A DNA stretch of 63,045 nucleotides, filler included. It is 4 parts of 4 records of this genome, joined end to end, with 100 filler letters (N's around TTAATTAATTAA, not from the genome) between each part and the next. Parts side by side here need not be neighbours in the genome. Positions count along the whole stretch, not along the records: positions 47,035 to 63,045 come from SRR2962707_4852; 3 more parts are not named here. One strand, 5' to 3'. The number at the start of each line of letters is the position of its first letter. The stretch's first letter is position 1. The notes below the pieces were generated by a model, which was not told the DNA's origin, made no database searches, and saw only the letters and a program-made list of their open reading frames with translations. Made by a program: the position numbers and the translations under genes. Positions 49,862 through 59,897 of this stretch are shown in pieces.

Positions 49862-50935
49862 ATGGGACTTGGTCGATACAGCGGACTGGCGGTCGGTGTG
49901 TTTGCGCTCGCGTTGCTGGCAGGTTGCCAGACCGGAAGCAGCGGCGTTGCCGAGCGGGAAGGCTACTTTTCCTGGGTGGATGAGCAGGGCAGGGTGCGTT
50001 ATTCCCGGATTCCCGACGCCCAGCGCGAAGACGTTACCCCAGGTGAGCCGGATGCCAAGTCCGTCGCCATCTCAGGCGAAGCCACCGGGTCTGAGGCTTA
50101 TCGGTCGGCCTCTGGCAGCGACCGGGGCGCCGCCGCAAAGCTGGAAGAAAACCTCGAATACACCACCGAGAATTATCCGGATGGTGAGGAGCTGGCGAAA
50201 AAAGGGTTTATCCGGCCTGGCCAGCGGCAACCCTATTTCACATGGCGTGATGCCGACGGCATTGTCCGTGTCAGCTATTACACCCCGGATATGCGAACCG
50301 AAGAGCAGAAACAGGCGGATCAGGCGCCGGTCATGCTCAGCGATGCCAGCGTATACCTGCCGGTCACTGTAGATGACCATACGCCGGTTGAGGGCCATGA
50401 TCCCGACGCCTTTGCCATACTGGGGATTGAGGAAACGGATTCGTTTTTCCGGGTATTTGCCGAAAGCTGTTGCCAGACCCTGCCTGCCCGGGATTTCCTG
50501 CAGTGGCAGGAAGGCCGTGAGTTTGGTGTTGATTTTGAGGAAGACACGCCCCGCCACCGTTTCAGCACGGGTGATTCGCCCTATCGGCTGATTGCCCTGC
50601 CATCCAGCACCTTTGTCCCCGGGTTTGTGATGCGGCTGCGTTCCTACGCCCACAATGGCGTGCTGGTACCAAGCCTGGCATTTCTCGACAAGGACTTTCA
50701 GCCCGTGCGGGTAGTGACGGACCTGGTTATGAACTACGAACCGGAAAACTGGCGTCGTCGCGGGTATCTGGAAAGCTGGGTGCCGGCGTTTCCCGGCCAG
50801 GGCGAGCGCTGGCTGGTGGTATTCACCCGCCCGGAAGACCTGGCTGGGCAAACGGTGACGGAAGCGGGCGACACGCCCAAAGCGATTCCACACGTTGAAA
50901 CCGGAGAAATTGGCATCACGACATTTGAGGAGTGA
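49862..50935 (+). CDS. FilE/AupB-like lipoprotein with MalM-like C-terminal domain
   Basis: Lipobox LLAGC; two YFxWxDxxGxVRxS motifs; C-terminal YRLIALP..LRSY..VPSLAFLDKDFQPVR. Confidence 0.65.
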   Translation: MGLGRYSGLAVGVFALALLAGCQTGSSGVAEREGYFSWVDEQGRVRYSRIPDAQREDVTPGEPDAKSVAISGEATGSEAYRSASGSDRGAAAKLEENLEYTTENYPDGEELAKKGFIRPGQRQPYFTWRDADGIVRVSYYTPDMRTEEQKQADQAPVMLSDASVYLPVTVDDHTPVEGHDPDAFAILGIEETDSFFRVFAESCCQTLPARDFLQWQEGREFGVDFEEDTPRHRFSTGDSPYRLIALPSSTFVPGFVMRLRSYAHNGVLVPSLAFLDKDFQPVRVVTDLVMNYEPENWRRRGYLESWVPAFPGQGERWLVVFTRPEDLAGQTVTEAGDTPKAIPHVETGEIGITTFEE

Positions 50936-50944
50936 TGGCGACCA

Positions 50945-51979
50945 TCAGTCTTCCGGTGCGTCCAGATTCAACCACTGCTGGGACAGCCAGTAGAAGCTGC
51001 CGTTACCCGCCGGATGGGTACAGTTGTATCGGAACCGACGGCTGTTGATGGCTTTGGGTGCCTGCACCTCTATGCTATCTCCCACCACTTCAAAATTGAT
51101 TCGACCGAGTCCGGACGCGAAACAGGTAAGCCGGGAGGGGCTGATGGCATCGGAGGGCGTAAACCTCAAACGCGGCGGATTCTGCTCGAACACCCCGTCG
51201 GGCAGGTCTTTGGCCGGTACCGGAAAAGCCTTGCTCATCAGTTTGTCTTTCAGACTGCCCAATTGGCCGTAGGCATTGGCCATGGGGAAACGGGGCAGAC
51301 GGGTTTTACCTGAGTATTGTCCGATAGCTCCCGATTGTTGCCCGTATCCAAGCCAGCCTCTCTCGCTGAGCTTCTGTTCCAGGGCTTGATCGAATTCGCC
51401 GTAGGGATAGGCGAACAGAGGTTCCTCCACGCCAAGACGGTTCTTCAGCTCTTGCTGAGCCTCGTCCAGGCTGCTGGTAATCCGGTTTTCCCATGCCTCT
51501 TCGGGTTCACCCCGTCTGCGTGCCAGGTGAGCGTGATCCGTACTGTGATTGGCGATGGTTGCCAGCTCGTTGTCTGCCATTGTGCGGAGTTGCTTCCAGG
51601 TCATGTAACCCTTGGCGCCCACTGCGTCAGTATTGACGAAGACAGTGTATGGAAGCCCGAGCCTGTCCAGTAACGGCGCAGCAAAGGTATGGACGGATTC
51701 ATAGGCATCATCGAAAGTAATGGCCACTTCATTGGTGTCAGGGTGTTCGCCGGCCAGTGCCGCCCTGGTGCCGGCTTCCAGCGGCACCACGTCAAGGTCA
51801 AGATCCCGGATCATGTTCATTTGCGCCTCAAACAATGATCGGGACGTGCTGGTCGCCGGAGGTGTACTGTCATCCACGTGGTGATACTGCAGAACCACCA
51901 GGTCGGCCTGAGCCTGTGTTCCGGCCAGCAACAGGGCACTGATCAGGGGATACGCAATCAGTTTGTTTATTCGAAGCAT
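50945..51979 (-). CDS. Secreted polysaccharide deacetylase (CE4/NodB)
   Basis: VLQYHHV, ITFDDAY, ANHSTDH, FAYPYGE, LPRFP. Confidence 0.9.
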   Translation of the reverse strand: MLRINKLIAYPLISALLLAGTQAQADLVVLQYHHVDDSTPPATSTSRSLFEAQMNMIRDLDLDVVPLEAGTRAALAGEHPDTNEVAITFDDAYESVHTFAAPLLDRLGLPYTVFVNTDAVGAKGYMTWKQLRTMADNELATIANHSTDHAHLARRRGEPEEAWENRITSSLDEAQQELKNRLGVEEPLFAYPYGEFDQALEQKLSERGWLGYGQQSGAIGQYSGKTRLPRFPMANAYGQLGSLKDKLMSKAFPVPAKDLPDGVFEQNPPRLRFTPSDAISPSRLTCFASGLGRINFEVVGDSIEVQAPKAINSRRFRYNCTHPAGNGSFYWLSQQWLNLDAPED

Positions 51980-52017
51980 GGTCTTGTTTCCTGACACACG
52001 GGATCTCGTAGGATGAT

Positions 52018-52695
52018 TTAGGCGTAATGGGCTTTCAGAACCGAGAAGGCCTGATTCAGTTGTTGGATTTCTCCGGTATCACCGCCCCGGTCCGGGTGCG
52101 CACGCATCACGAGTTTTCGGAAGCGCTTCTTGACGGTAGCGAACTGCCCCGGTAATTCATCGAAACCCAGCGTCCTGGCCGCCTCGGCGGCTTCCGAGTG
52201 CTCGGGCCGGGACAGGGTGTTGCCGGCCCAGAAGTTGTCCATCATTTCCTGAATGGCGGCTTCGGAGAGAAAGTACTGTGACAGATCCAGATAGAACTCA
52301 CGCAGGGCGTCGGTAGAATCCGGCAGTGCCGTTGATTCGGTGCGCGTCACCATTTGTCCGATACTGAGCCGAAGCGGAGAGATATTCAGGCTCTCGCCCT
52401 CCAGGGCAATCTGATCGCGCAGACGGTAGAGTACGTGGAACAGCAGGAAGTGCACCGGGTACAGTCGATCGGGCTCGTGAAAGTCGACGGTGCCAATCAG
52501 GCTCCAGCGCTCGCCCTGCAAGGCCCGAATTAGCTCCAGCTCGGATAGCCCGGCCGGGCCTGCGGCCCGCAGCTCGTGCTCCACGGCAACCAACAGGTGC
52601 TGCACCTGTTGCTGTAGCCAGCTGCGCTCTTCACCACGGGCTTCGGGTGAGTCATCGAGTATCTGGTTATCTGCGGAGATGGTCATGGCCATCAT
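52018..52695 (-). CDS. DnaJ-related domain protein with C-terminal J domain
   Basis: HFLLFHVLYRL, ALREFYLD, RFRKLVMRAHPDRGGD..LNQAF. Confidence 0.85.
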   Translation of the reverse strand: MMAMTISADNQILDDSPEARGEERSWLQQQVQHLLVAVEHELRAAGPAGLSELELIRALQGERWSLIGTVDFHEPDRLYPVHFLLFHVLYRLRDQIALEGESLNISPLRLSIGQMVTRTESTALPDSTDALREFYLDLSQYFLSEAAIQEMMDNFWAGNTLSRPEHSEAAEAARTLGFDELPGQFATVKKRFRKLVMRAHPDRGGDTGEIQQLNQAFSVLKAHYA

Positions 52696-52705
52696 GGTAT
52701 GCCAG

Positions 52706-53362
52706 TCAGCCTTCGCTTGAAAGCCTGGTCAGGGCCGGGAAGCCGCCCAGAAACAGCTGGGTGGAAAACTCAGCCGCTGTTCTGGCTTCGTCCTGGGCGA
52801 GTTCCGGCTTCTGGTGAGCCCGCCTGGCCACCAGCATGCTGGTGTCGTAGGCCACGCCAAAAAACGCGGCGCAAAGATAGTCCGCATCGACTGCCGGCAG
52901 CAGCCCACGGGTCATGGCGTTGCGAACGTCTTCCTCAAGGGACAGCATGGTCAGGCCCAGAATATCTGAGCCGAACAGGTTTCTCAGGGCGCGCTGATTC
53001 TGATGGGCCAGTTCATACACCACCGGATCTTTCGCGGTGGCACTGTAGAGCGCCAGATAGGCACGGTAGACAAATTCCTGGGTTGAGGATGCAGATTGTC
53101 GCTGCTGGCTCATGTCGTTGTTGAGCGAGGTCAGGAAATCGCTGAGCAGGGCCGCGAAGATATCCTGTTTGCTGGAAAAGTAGTTGTAGAAGGTGCCGGC
53201 GGCGAGACCGGTTCTGCGGACAATGTCCCGAATGGTGGTGTTGTCGTAACCGTGTTCCTGAAAACAGTCTCTGGCCGCCCTGAGAATGGCGTGACGATTT
53301 CGGATACGGTTGAGCGCGCGCTTGCCCGTGGCTTGTGGTGAAGTCAATTTCAACATATCCAT
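52706..53362 (-). CDS. TetR/AcrR transcriptional regulator
   Basis: ILRAARDCFQEHGYDNTTIRDIVRRTGLAAGTFYNYFSSK. Confidence 0.92.
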   Translation of the reverse strand: MDMLKLTSPQATGKRALNRIRNRHAILRAARDCFQEHGYDNTTIRDIVRRTGLAAGTFYNYFSSKQDIFAALLSDFLTSLNNDMSQQRQSASSTQEFVYRAYLALYSATAKDPVVYELAHQNQRALRNLFGSDILGLTMLSLEEDVRNAMTRGLLPAVDADYLCAAFFGVAYDTSMLVARRAHQKPELAQDEARTAAEFSTQLFLGGFPALTRLSSEG

Positions 53363-53435
53363 GTTGCTATCCTGTCCCTGATGGTTTGTGGCGCGTATAA
53401 TTGCCCGCTCACTTACCTTGTGAGCGTGAAAACGA

Positions 53436-54344
53436 ATGCCCGAAGCAATGACTGCCAGCCCTGAGAAGACACCGGCTTCTGATTACGAACGTCGCCAGAA
53501 ACTGGAGCTTAACAAATTGCAGAAACGTCTGCGCCGTGAAGTTGGGCAGGCGATTGCTGATTTCTCGATGATTGAAGCCGGAGACAAGGTGATGTGCTGT
53601 CTGTCCGGCGGCAAAGACTCCTACGCCATGCTCGATATTCTGCTCAATCTGCAGAAGAGTGCGCCAGTGCGTTTCGAACTGATTGCCGTGAACCTGGACC
53701 AGAAACAACCGGGTTTCCCCGAGCATGTCTTGCCGGACTATCTTGAATCGATGGGTATCGAGTACCACATCATCGAGAAAGACACCTACAGTATTGTTAA
53801 GGAAAAAGTGCCTGAAGGGAAGACCACTTGCGGGCTGTGTTCACGTCTGAGACGGGGCATCCTCTACAATTTCGCCGAGGAGCATGGTGTAACCAAGATT
53901 GCCCTGGGCCATCACCGGGATGATTTGCTGGAAACCCTGTTTCTCAACATGTTCTACGGTGGCAAACTCAAATCCATGCCACCGGTGCTCCACAGCGACG
54001 ATGGCCGCAATACGGTTATTCGTCCTCTGGCCTATGCCCGGGAGAAGGATATTGCCCGTTACGCGTCACTCAGGGAGTTTCCGATCATTCCCTGCAACCT
54101 CTGTGGCTCCCAGGAAAATCTCCAGCGGCAGGTCATCAAGGAAATGTTCCAGACCTGGGATAAACAGCATCCTGGCCGTCTGGAAACGATGTTCCGGGCC
54201 CTGTGCAATGTGGAGCCGTCGCACCTGGCTGATCCGGAATTGTATGATTTCAGGGAAGGTCGGCGTCTTGGCGGCAAGCGCCAGGCCGTTCAAACCGCGG
54301 AGCCTCAGCAGGATTTTGGCCGGCTGGACGTGCTGAATCTCTGA
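53436..54344 (+). CDS. ttcA: tRNA 2-thiocytidine(32) synthetase
   Basis: [29 protein letters not shown]. Confidence 0.96.
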   Translation: MPEAMTASPEKTPASDYERRQKLELNKLQKRLRREVGQAIADFSMIEAGDKVMCCLSGGKDSYAMLDILLNLQKSAPVRFELIAVNLDQKQPGFPEHVLPDYLESMGIEYHIIEKDTYSIVKEKVPEGKTTCGLCSRLRRGILYNFAEEHGVTKIALGHHRDDLLETLFLNMFYGGKLKSMPPVLHSDDGRNTVIRPLAYAREKDIARYASLREFPIIPCNLCGSQENLQRQVIKEMFQTWDKQHPGRLETMFRALCNVEPSHLADPELYDFREGRRLGGKRQAVQTAEPQQDFGRLDVLNL

Positions 54345-54347
54345 TCG

Positions 54348-55037
54348 TCAGTGGTTCAGAAGGGCCTGGAAAGGCAGTGTCCAGAGGCCGAAAAGAATTA
54401 ACAGCAGGCCGCTGAGCTTGCGGAAGCTCTGGTTGCTTTTCAGCCCTCTTATCCAGTTGGCGGCGAAGCCCGTCGTCAACATCGATGGCAGGGTTCCCAG
54501 TCCGAAGAACATCATCGTGAGAGCGGCGCTGCTGACGGTTGGTTGAAGCGCCGCCCATCCCAGTGTGCTGTAAACAAGGCCGCAGGGTAGCCAGCCCCAC
54601 AAGGCACCGAGAGCAAGGGCCTGGCCACCATTGTGAACCGGCAGGAACTTGCGGGTAAGCGGCGACAGGAAGCGCCATGCCGGCGCCCCGACCCGTTCAA
54701 TGTAGCGAATACCCTGCCACCATTGCCCCATGGATAACCCCATCATGATCAGCAGCAATCCCGCCAGGGTCATCAGAGCCAATCCGGCACCATGCCACTG
54801 GCTGGCGGCACTGGTGCTGAGCAGGGCAATCAGGGTTGCGATCAGGGCGTAGCTGGCAATCCTGCCAAAATTGAATGCCAGCAAGAGCAGGGTCTGCCGA
54901 AAGCGGAAGCCCCGGCCTACCGGCAATGCCATGGACAGCGAGGCGCTGATGCCGCCACACATGCCCAGACAATGGGTACTACCGAGCAGTCCTATCAGGA
55001 AGGCACTGGGGTAGCTCAGATAGAGTTCAGGCTGCAT
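54348..55037 (-). CDS. DsbD_2/TauE-SafE family membrane protein of the cbb3 assembly cluster
   Basis: GSTHCLGMCGGI, WGWLPCGLVYS, FGLGTLP. Confidence 0.9.
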   Translation of the reverse strand: MQPELYLSYPSAFLIGLLGSTHCLGMCGGISASLSMALPVGRGFRFRQTLLLLAFNFGRIASYALIATLIALLSTSAASQWHGAGLALMTLAGLLLIMMGLSMGQWWQGIRYIERVGAPAWRFLSPLTRKFLPVHNGGQALALGALWGWLPCGLVYSTLGWAALQPTVSSAALTMMFFGLGTLPSMLTTGFAANWIRGLKSNQSFRKLSGLLLILFGLWTLPFQALLNH

Positions 55038-55048
55038 CCGCTATCCTG

Positions 55049-55285
55049 TCAGCCCTTGTCGGTATCGGTATCGGTTTGCTCCGCGTCGTCTTTCTGGTCG
55101 TCAGGTTTCGACTCGTTACGGCGGGCTTCTCTGGGAATCATATCCTTGTCATCGTCGTAGAGAATGCGATGAGCGGGGCCGTCCATGTCATCGTACTGCC
55201 CGTTCTTGACGGCCCAGGAAAACAGAAGGACGCCCAGCGCCACCAGGATGAGCATAAGCGGAACCAGTATCATGACAATCTGCAC
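55049..55285 (-). CDS. ccoS: cbb3 oxidase assembly protein CcoS
   Basis: WAVKNGQYDDMDGPAHRILYDD. Confidence 0.93.
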   Translation of the reverse strand: MQIVMILVPLMLILVALGVLLFSWAVKNGQYDDMDGPAHRILYDDDKDMIPREARRNESKPDDQKDDAEQTDTDTDKG

Positions 55286-55321
55286 GATAACCTCCTGTTC
55301 ATAAGTGTATGGCCCAAGGTA

Positions 55322-57769
55322 TCAGGCTGCTTCTGGTGCGCCAAGGGTGGCCTCCGGGGGCGGTGTGCCCTTGTTGGACCGGCTGAGTCGTAAGGCGTTC
55401 AGCACAACGATCAGTGAGCTCAGGGACATGCCGATGGCAGCAAGCCAGGGGGGCACCAGGCCGGCTGCGGCCAGGGGCAGGGCGCAGACATTGTAGCCGA
55501 ACGCCCAGATCATATTCTGGCGGATGATTTTCCGGGTTTGCTTGCTGGTTTCAATCGCGGCGACCAGGGAATTCAACTGGCCGTTAAGTAGCACCGCGTC
55601 GGCTTTCAGTTGAGTCAGGTCTGCCGCTGTACCCATAGCCACTGAAATACCGGCTCCGGCCATGGAGGGCAGGTCATTCAGTCCGTCACCCACCATCATC
55701 ACCCGGTGCCCGTCCGCGCGAAGCTGTTCCAGTACTTCCAGTTTCTGCTCCGGTGAGGCTTCACCAATGGCTCGGTCAATGCCCAGTGCATGAGCCACCT
55801 GCTGCACGTGGCCGGAGCGATCCCCACTAAGCAGCAAGGTCTCGATTCCGGATTTCCGTAACGCCTGCAAGGCTTGTGACGCGTCTTCCCGTATCTTGTC
55901 ATCCAGCCGGAAGCGTGCCAGCCATTCCTTGTCTGTCGCGAGCCAGATTTCCATGCCTTGGGCGTCTTCACCTTCTGGCGCAATTGCCGACGTGTGCTCG
56001 GCGACAAAGGCTTTGTGCCCGATGTAGACCGCCCGGCCATGGTAAAGCCCGGACAAGCCACCGCCCAGGTGGTTGCTCACCTGGCTGACGGTTAGCGAGG
56101 GCTGCTCGTGGAATACCCTGGCAATCGGATGTTCTGAATGCTTTTCCAGCCCTGCGGCGATCCGGATGCAGGTGTCCTGATCCAGACTGCCGAACACCGA
56201 TTGATCGGTCAGGCTGAGTTCTCCCCGGGTCAGAGTCCCGGTTTTATCAAACACCACGGTATCGATGGTGTTCATGGATTCCAGGGTGTGACCGCGAGTA
56301 GGCAGGAAACCAAGCTTTCTCAGGCGCACCGTGGCAGATGTGATCGCCGTTGGCGTAGCCAGCGACAGGGCGCAGGGGCAGGTAACCACCAGTACGGAAA
56401 GCGTGATATCGAAGGCGTTGTCGGCGCCGGCTAGCCACCAGCCTGCCCAGACCACTGGTGCCAGTATCAGCACGCGGCCAACGAACTTGCCCGCAATGCG
56501 ATCGGCCATTCGGGCCACCGGCGGCTTTTCGGACTGTACACGATCCAGAACTCGCAAGATGCCGGACAGCCGGGTCTGGGCCCCGGCATGGGTGACGCGG
56601 ATGTCGAGCGGATTTTCCCCATTTACGCTGCCGGCATGAACCGTGTCGCCCGGCTTGCGGGTTTCTGGAAGGTATTCACCGGTGAGAGCGGCTTCGTTCA
56701 GGGTAGACTCCCCCGAGACGATTTCGCCATCCACAGGTAGCGTTTCCCCTGGTCGAACCCGGATCACATCACCCGGTTGTACCTGGTGAATGGCGATGAT
56801 TTCTGCCTCACCGTTCAGGACCCGCGCCGCGACAGAAGGCTGGAAGCCCGCAAGGGCATTACCGCTCAGCCCGGCGCGATAGCGAGCCTGAACTTCAATG
56901 TATCTGCCCAGCAGCAGGAAGAAGGTGAACATACATACGGATTCAAAATACACTTCCTCGCCGCCGATCAACGTGATCCAGGCGCTTGCGCCATAGGCAA
57001 GCCCGATGGCGATGGCCACCGGTACGTCCATGGTCAGATGACGGGAGAGCAGGTCCCGGCGGGCATTGGTAAAGAATGGGCGAGCACTGTAGAACACCAC
57101 CGGCGTGGCAACCAGCAGACTGAACCAGCGGAAAAAATCCACAAAATCTGTGGACAGATCACTGACCAGCTCAAAGTACAGGGGAAAGGCCAGCATCATG
57201 CTCTGGAAGGAACCGATCCCGGCCACCGCCAGACGAATGAGCATCGAGCGGTGCTCTGCCTTGAGCGCCTGTTCGGCTTCGTCTGCCTGATAGGGGCGGG
57301 CGGTGTAGCCAAGTTCGTGGATGGCTATCAGAAGGTCGCTGAGACGTGCCTTGTCCGATGCCCAGACCAGGCGAGCCCGCTGTGTGGTGTGGTTTACGGT
57401 AAAGCTCTGCACGCCTGGCTGCTGCTTCATGTGATTCTCAAGCAGCCAGATGCAGGCGGCGCAGGTAATACCGCCGATCAGCAGCTGTGCCTCCTGGCCA
57501 GCCTTGACTGGTGCCACAAAGGCTTGCTGAACCAGGGGGTGATCCAGTTCCCGGATACGATCGAGTTCTGACCGGGTCAGCTCTCTTGGCGTAACGGCGG
57601 GTTCGGTGCGAAACTCATAGAAACCGGTCAGACCCTCCTGGTGGATGGTCTGACACACAGCCTTGCAACCCTGGCAACAAAAATGCCTTTGCTGTCCCTG
57701 CAGTTCCAGGGTGATCGGGGGTTCGCCATCCGCTGGTTCTCCGCAATGGAAGCAGTTCAGGGTGGTCAC
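55322..57769 (-). CDS. ccoI: Copper-translocating P1B ATPase CcoI/FixI
   Basis: CFHCG, CCQGC, CAAC, CPCALSLATP, DKTGT, GDGLND. Confidence 0.95.
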   Translation of the reverse strand: MTTLNCFHCGEPADGEPPITLELQGQQRHFCCQGCKAVCQTIHQEGLTGFYEFRTEPAVTPRELTRSELDRIRELDHPLVQQAFVAPVKAGQEAQLLIGGITCAACIWLLENHMKQQPGVQSFTVNHTTQRARLVWASDKARLSDLLIAIHELGYTARPYQADEAEQALKAEHRSMLIRLAVAGIGSFQSMMLAFPLYFELVSDLSTDFVDFFRWFSLLVATPVVFYSARPFFTNARRDLLSRHLTMDVPVAIAIGLAYGASAWITLIGGEEVYFESVCMFTFFLLLGRYIEVQARYRAGLSGNALAGFQPSVAARVLNGEAEIIAIHQVQPGDVIRVRPGETLPVDGEIVSGESTLNEAALTGEYLPETRKPGDTVHAGSVNGENPLDIRVTHAGAQTRLSGILRVLDRVQSEKPPVARMADRIAGKFVGRVLILAPVVWAGWWLAGADNAFDITLSVLVVTCPCALSLATPTAITSATVRLRKLGFLPTRGHTLESMNTIDTVVFDKTGTLTRGELSLTDQSVFGSLDQDTCIRIAAGLEKHSEHPIARVFHEQPSLTVSQVSNHLGGGLSGLYHGRAVYIGHKAFVAEHTSAIAPEGEDAQGMEIWLATDKEWLARFRLDDKIREDASQALQALRKSGIETLLLSGDRSGHVQQVAHALGIDRAIGEASPEQKLEVLEQLRADGHRVMMVGDGLNDLPSMAGAGISVAMGTAADLTQLKADAVLLNGQLNSLVAAIETSKQTRKIIRQNMIWAFGYNVCALPLAAAGLVPPWLAAIGMSLSSLIVVLNALRLSRSNKGTPPPEATLGAPEAA

Positions 57770-58281
57770 CCTTGGGCGTCGCCTTCTGCGTTAATGCGTA
57801 TAGGGGTGGAGGAAGGAAGCCTTACCTCACCCTTTACCCGCCAGTCGTTGTCTGGCCCCTGAAGGTCGTAGTACCAGCGACCACTGACATCCTCAAGGAG
57901 CTGGCCCCGGTACTGACCAGGAGCAACCTGGGTAAACTGGATGGTTTTATCCTGACCAGACAATGTCGGGTGATACAGGTTGAACACCAGGTACGGGTAA
58001 TCGGCAGCACCATTCACGGTGCTCAGATCCAGTGTCGCAGAACGACCATTCAGGCTCAGCGTGCCCGCCATCTCCAGATCGGCCGCCTTTTCATCCCGGG
58101 CAATGGACATATTGATGCCACGGCCCTGTTTGGAGTAGTCGTCGGTTACCAGTGAGTTGTCCATGCTGGACGATACTGTCAGGGCAGTGATTCCCCACAT
58201 CATCGACGCCAGCGGGAAAATGGTCAGGAACCAGAACCAGGGCTGGCGATACCAGGGGGCAGGTGTTGTGCTATCAGTCAT
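57766..58281 (-). CDS. ccoH: FixH/CcoH family protein
   Basis: PWYRQPWFW, LVTDDYSKQG, YHPT; located between ccoG and ccoI. Confidence 0.9.
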   Translation of the reverse strand: MTDSTTPAPWYRQPWFWFLTIFPLASMMWGITALTVSSSMDNSLVTDDYSKQGRGINMSIARDEKAADLEMAGTLSLNGRSATLDLSTVNGAADYPYLVFNLYHPTLSGQDKTIQFTQVAPGQYRGQLLEDVSGRWYYDLQGPDNDWRVKGEVRLPSSTPIRINAEGDAQG

Positions 58282-58332
58282 TACGGTCTTGTCTCGGTTT
58301 ATGGCTTCAGAGCCGGTTGTCGGGCCCTCTTG

Positions 58333-59766
58333 TTAGCGGGGCCTTGGACCAACAAACCGGCTTTCAGTTTCAAGTTTAATCAAGGAATCCGGTTGGGACT
58401 CGGCGTAGAAACGAATGTCGTTATTGGTATCCACCAGCGCTTCCGGTGGCACATCTACAACCGTGGGCAAGGAGAGATTCTCGCCACTGCTCACCGTTAC
58501 CGTGGTGTCTGTCAGAATACGCATGTCTTCAAGACCGTCCACAGACAGGCTGAAGGTTTGCGGTACTTCTGACATGTTCTGGATCTTGACGGTATACGAG
58601 TTTTCCACCCGTCCTTCGCCGTTAAAACTGAACAAAGCGCCACGATCCCGCAGCACATCCATCTTGGCCGGAACCCGGGTGGCAATGGTAAAGATCACCG
58701 CGCTGATCATCAGTATGAGCACGGCGCCGTAGCCAAAGGTACGCGGCCGTAGCAGTTTGGAAGTTTTACCCTCCAGTTCGTTCTCAGTGGTGTAGCGAAT
58801 CAGCCCCTTGGGATAGTTCATCTTCTCCATAACTTCATCGCAGGCGTCGATACACAGGGCGCAGCCGATACACTCGTACTGGAGGCCGTCACGGATATCG
58901 ATACCGGTGGGGCAGACCTGAACACACTGGCCGCAATCAATACAGTCGCCCAGGCCAACTTCGGCGGGTTCGACGCCTTTCTTGCGGCTGCCGCGTGGCT
59001 CGCCCCGGTTGGGGTCGTAGGAAACAACGCGGGTGTTGGGGTCAAACATCACGGATTGGAAGCGGGCGTACGGGCACATGTACAGACACACCTGCTCCCG
59101 CATCCAGCCGGCGTTCAGATAGGTGGCGACGGTAAAGAAGGCTACCCAGAAATAGGCCCAGCCGTTGGCCTGTAAGGTAAACAGGTCAACGATCAGCTCG
59201 CGGATAGGGTAGAAATAGCCAACAAAGGTGACGCCAGTCGCCAGCGCAACAAACAGCCAGAGCGCGTGTTTGATCGATTTTTTGGCAAGTTTCTCCCTGG
59301 AGTTCGGAGATTTATCCAGTTTCATCCGCTTGTTGCGGCTGCCCTCAACCTTTTCCTCGATCCACATGAAAATAAAGGTCCAGACAGTCTGGGGGCAGGT
59401 ATAGCCACACCAGACCCGACCGAACAGAGTGGTGATGAAAAAGAGTCCAAATGCTGAAATGATCAGCATGCCCGAAAGCAGAAAGAAATCTTTCGGGAAG
59501 AAGGTCACGCCGTACAGGTGAAATTCTCGGGCGGGCAAGTCGAAGTGGATCAGGGGCTGCCCGTCCAGGGTAAGCCAAACGAAGAGAAAGTACATGCCCA
59601 TCAGAAGGGTCAAGCTAACATTCCGGATTCGCTGGAAAAAGCCTTTGACTTCCTTGACGTAGATTTTCTGTCGACTGGCGTACAGGTCGACGGTTTCTGG
59701 CTTTTTCTTGTTATTGGAGGAATCGCCGTTCGGGTCAACCTGTTTGACCGGAATCTCGTTGCTCAT
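58333..59766 (-). CDS. ccoG: cbb3 oxidase accessory ferredoxin-like protein CcoG
   Basis: GRVWCGYTCPQT, CLYMCPYARFQ, CIDCGQCVQVCPTG, CIGCALCIDAC. Confidence 0.96.
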   Translation of the reverse strand: MSNEIPVKQVDPNGDSSNNKKKPETVDLYASRQKIYVKEVKGFFQRIRNVSLTLLMGMYFLFVWLTLDGQPLIHFDLPAREFHLYGVTFFPKDFFLLSGMLIISAFGLFFITTLFGRVWCGYTCPQTVWTFIFMWIEEKVEGSRNKRMKLDKSPNSREKLAKKSIKHALWLFVALATGVTFVGYFYPIRELIVDLFTLQANGWAYFWVAFFTVATYLNAGWMREQVCLYMCPYARFQSVMFDPNTRVVSYDPNRGEPRGSRKKGVEPAEVGLGDCIDCGQCVQVCPTGIDIRDGLQYECIGCALCIDACDEVMEKMNYPKGLIRYTTENELEGKTSKLLRPRTFGYGAVLILMISAVIFTIATRVPAKMDVLRDRGALFSFNGEGRVENSYTVKIQNMSEVPQTFSLSVDGLEDMRILTDTTVTVSSGENLSLPTVVDVPPEALVDTNNDIRFYAESQPDSLIKLETESRFVGPRPR

Positions 59767-59820
59767 GGGTACCTCCCGGTGAGTGGTAAAGCTGGGAGCG
59801 GGCCTCGGAGGGTCAGCTGA

Positions 59821-59893
59821 TCTTCTCAAGCCTGTACCCGCGGGCGCAGATACAGGGTTGAGAAGACCGGGCCAGGGCGAGCCTGGCCGGGTC
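59821..59893. other. Two adjacent hairpins in the ccoP-ccoG spacer
   Basis: TCTTCTCAAGCCTGTA / TACAGGGTTGAGAAGA and GACCGGGCCAGG / CCTGGCCGGGTC, one mismatch each. Confidence 0.65.
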
Positions 59894-59897
59894 GGAT

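Noticed and set aside
59815-59832. FNR box upstream of ccoG
   Set aside because: CTGATCTTCTCAAG has the wrong spacing and overlaps a hairpin arm.
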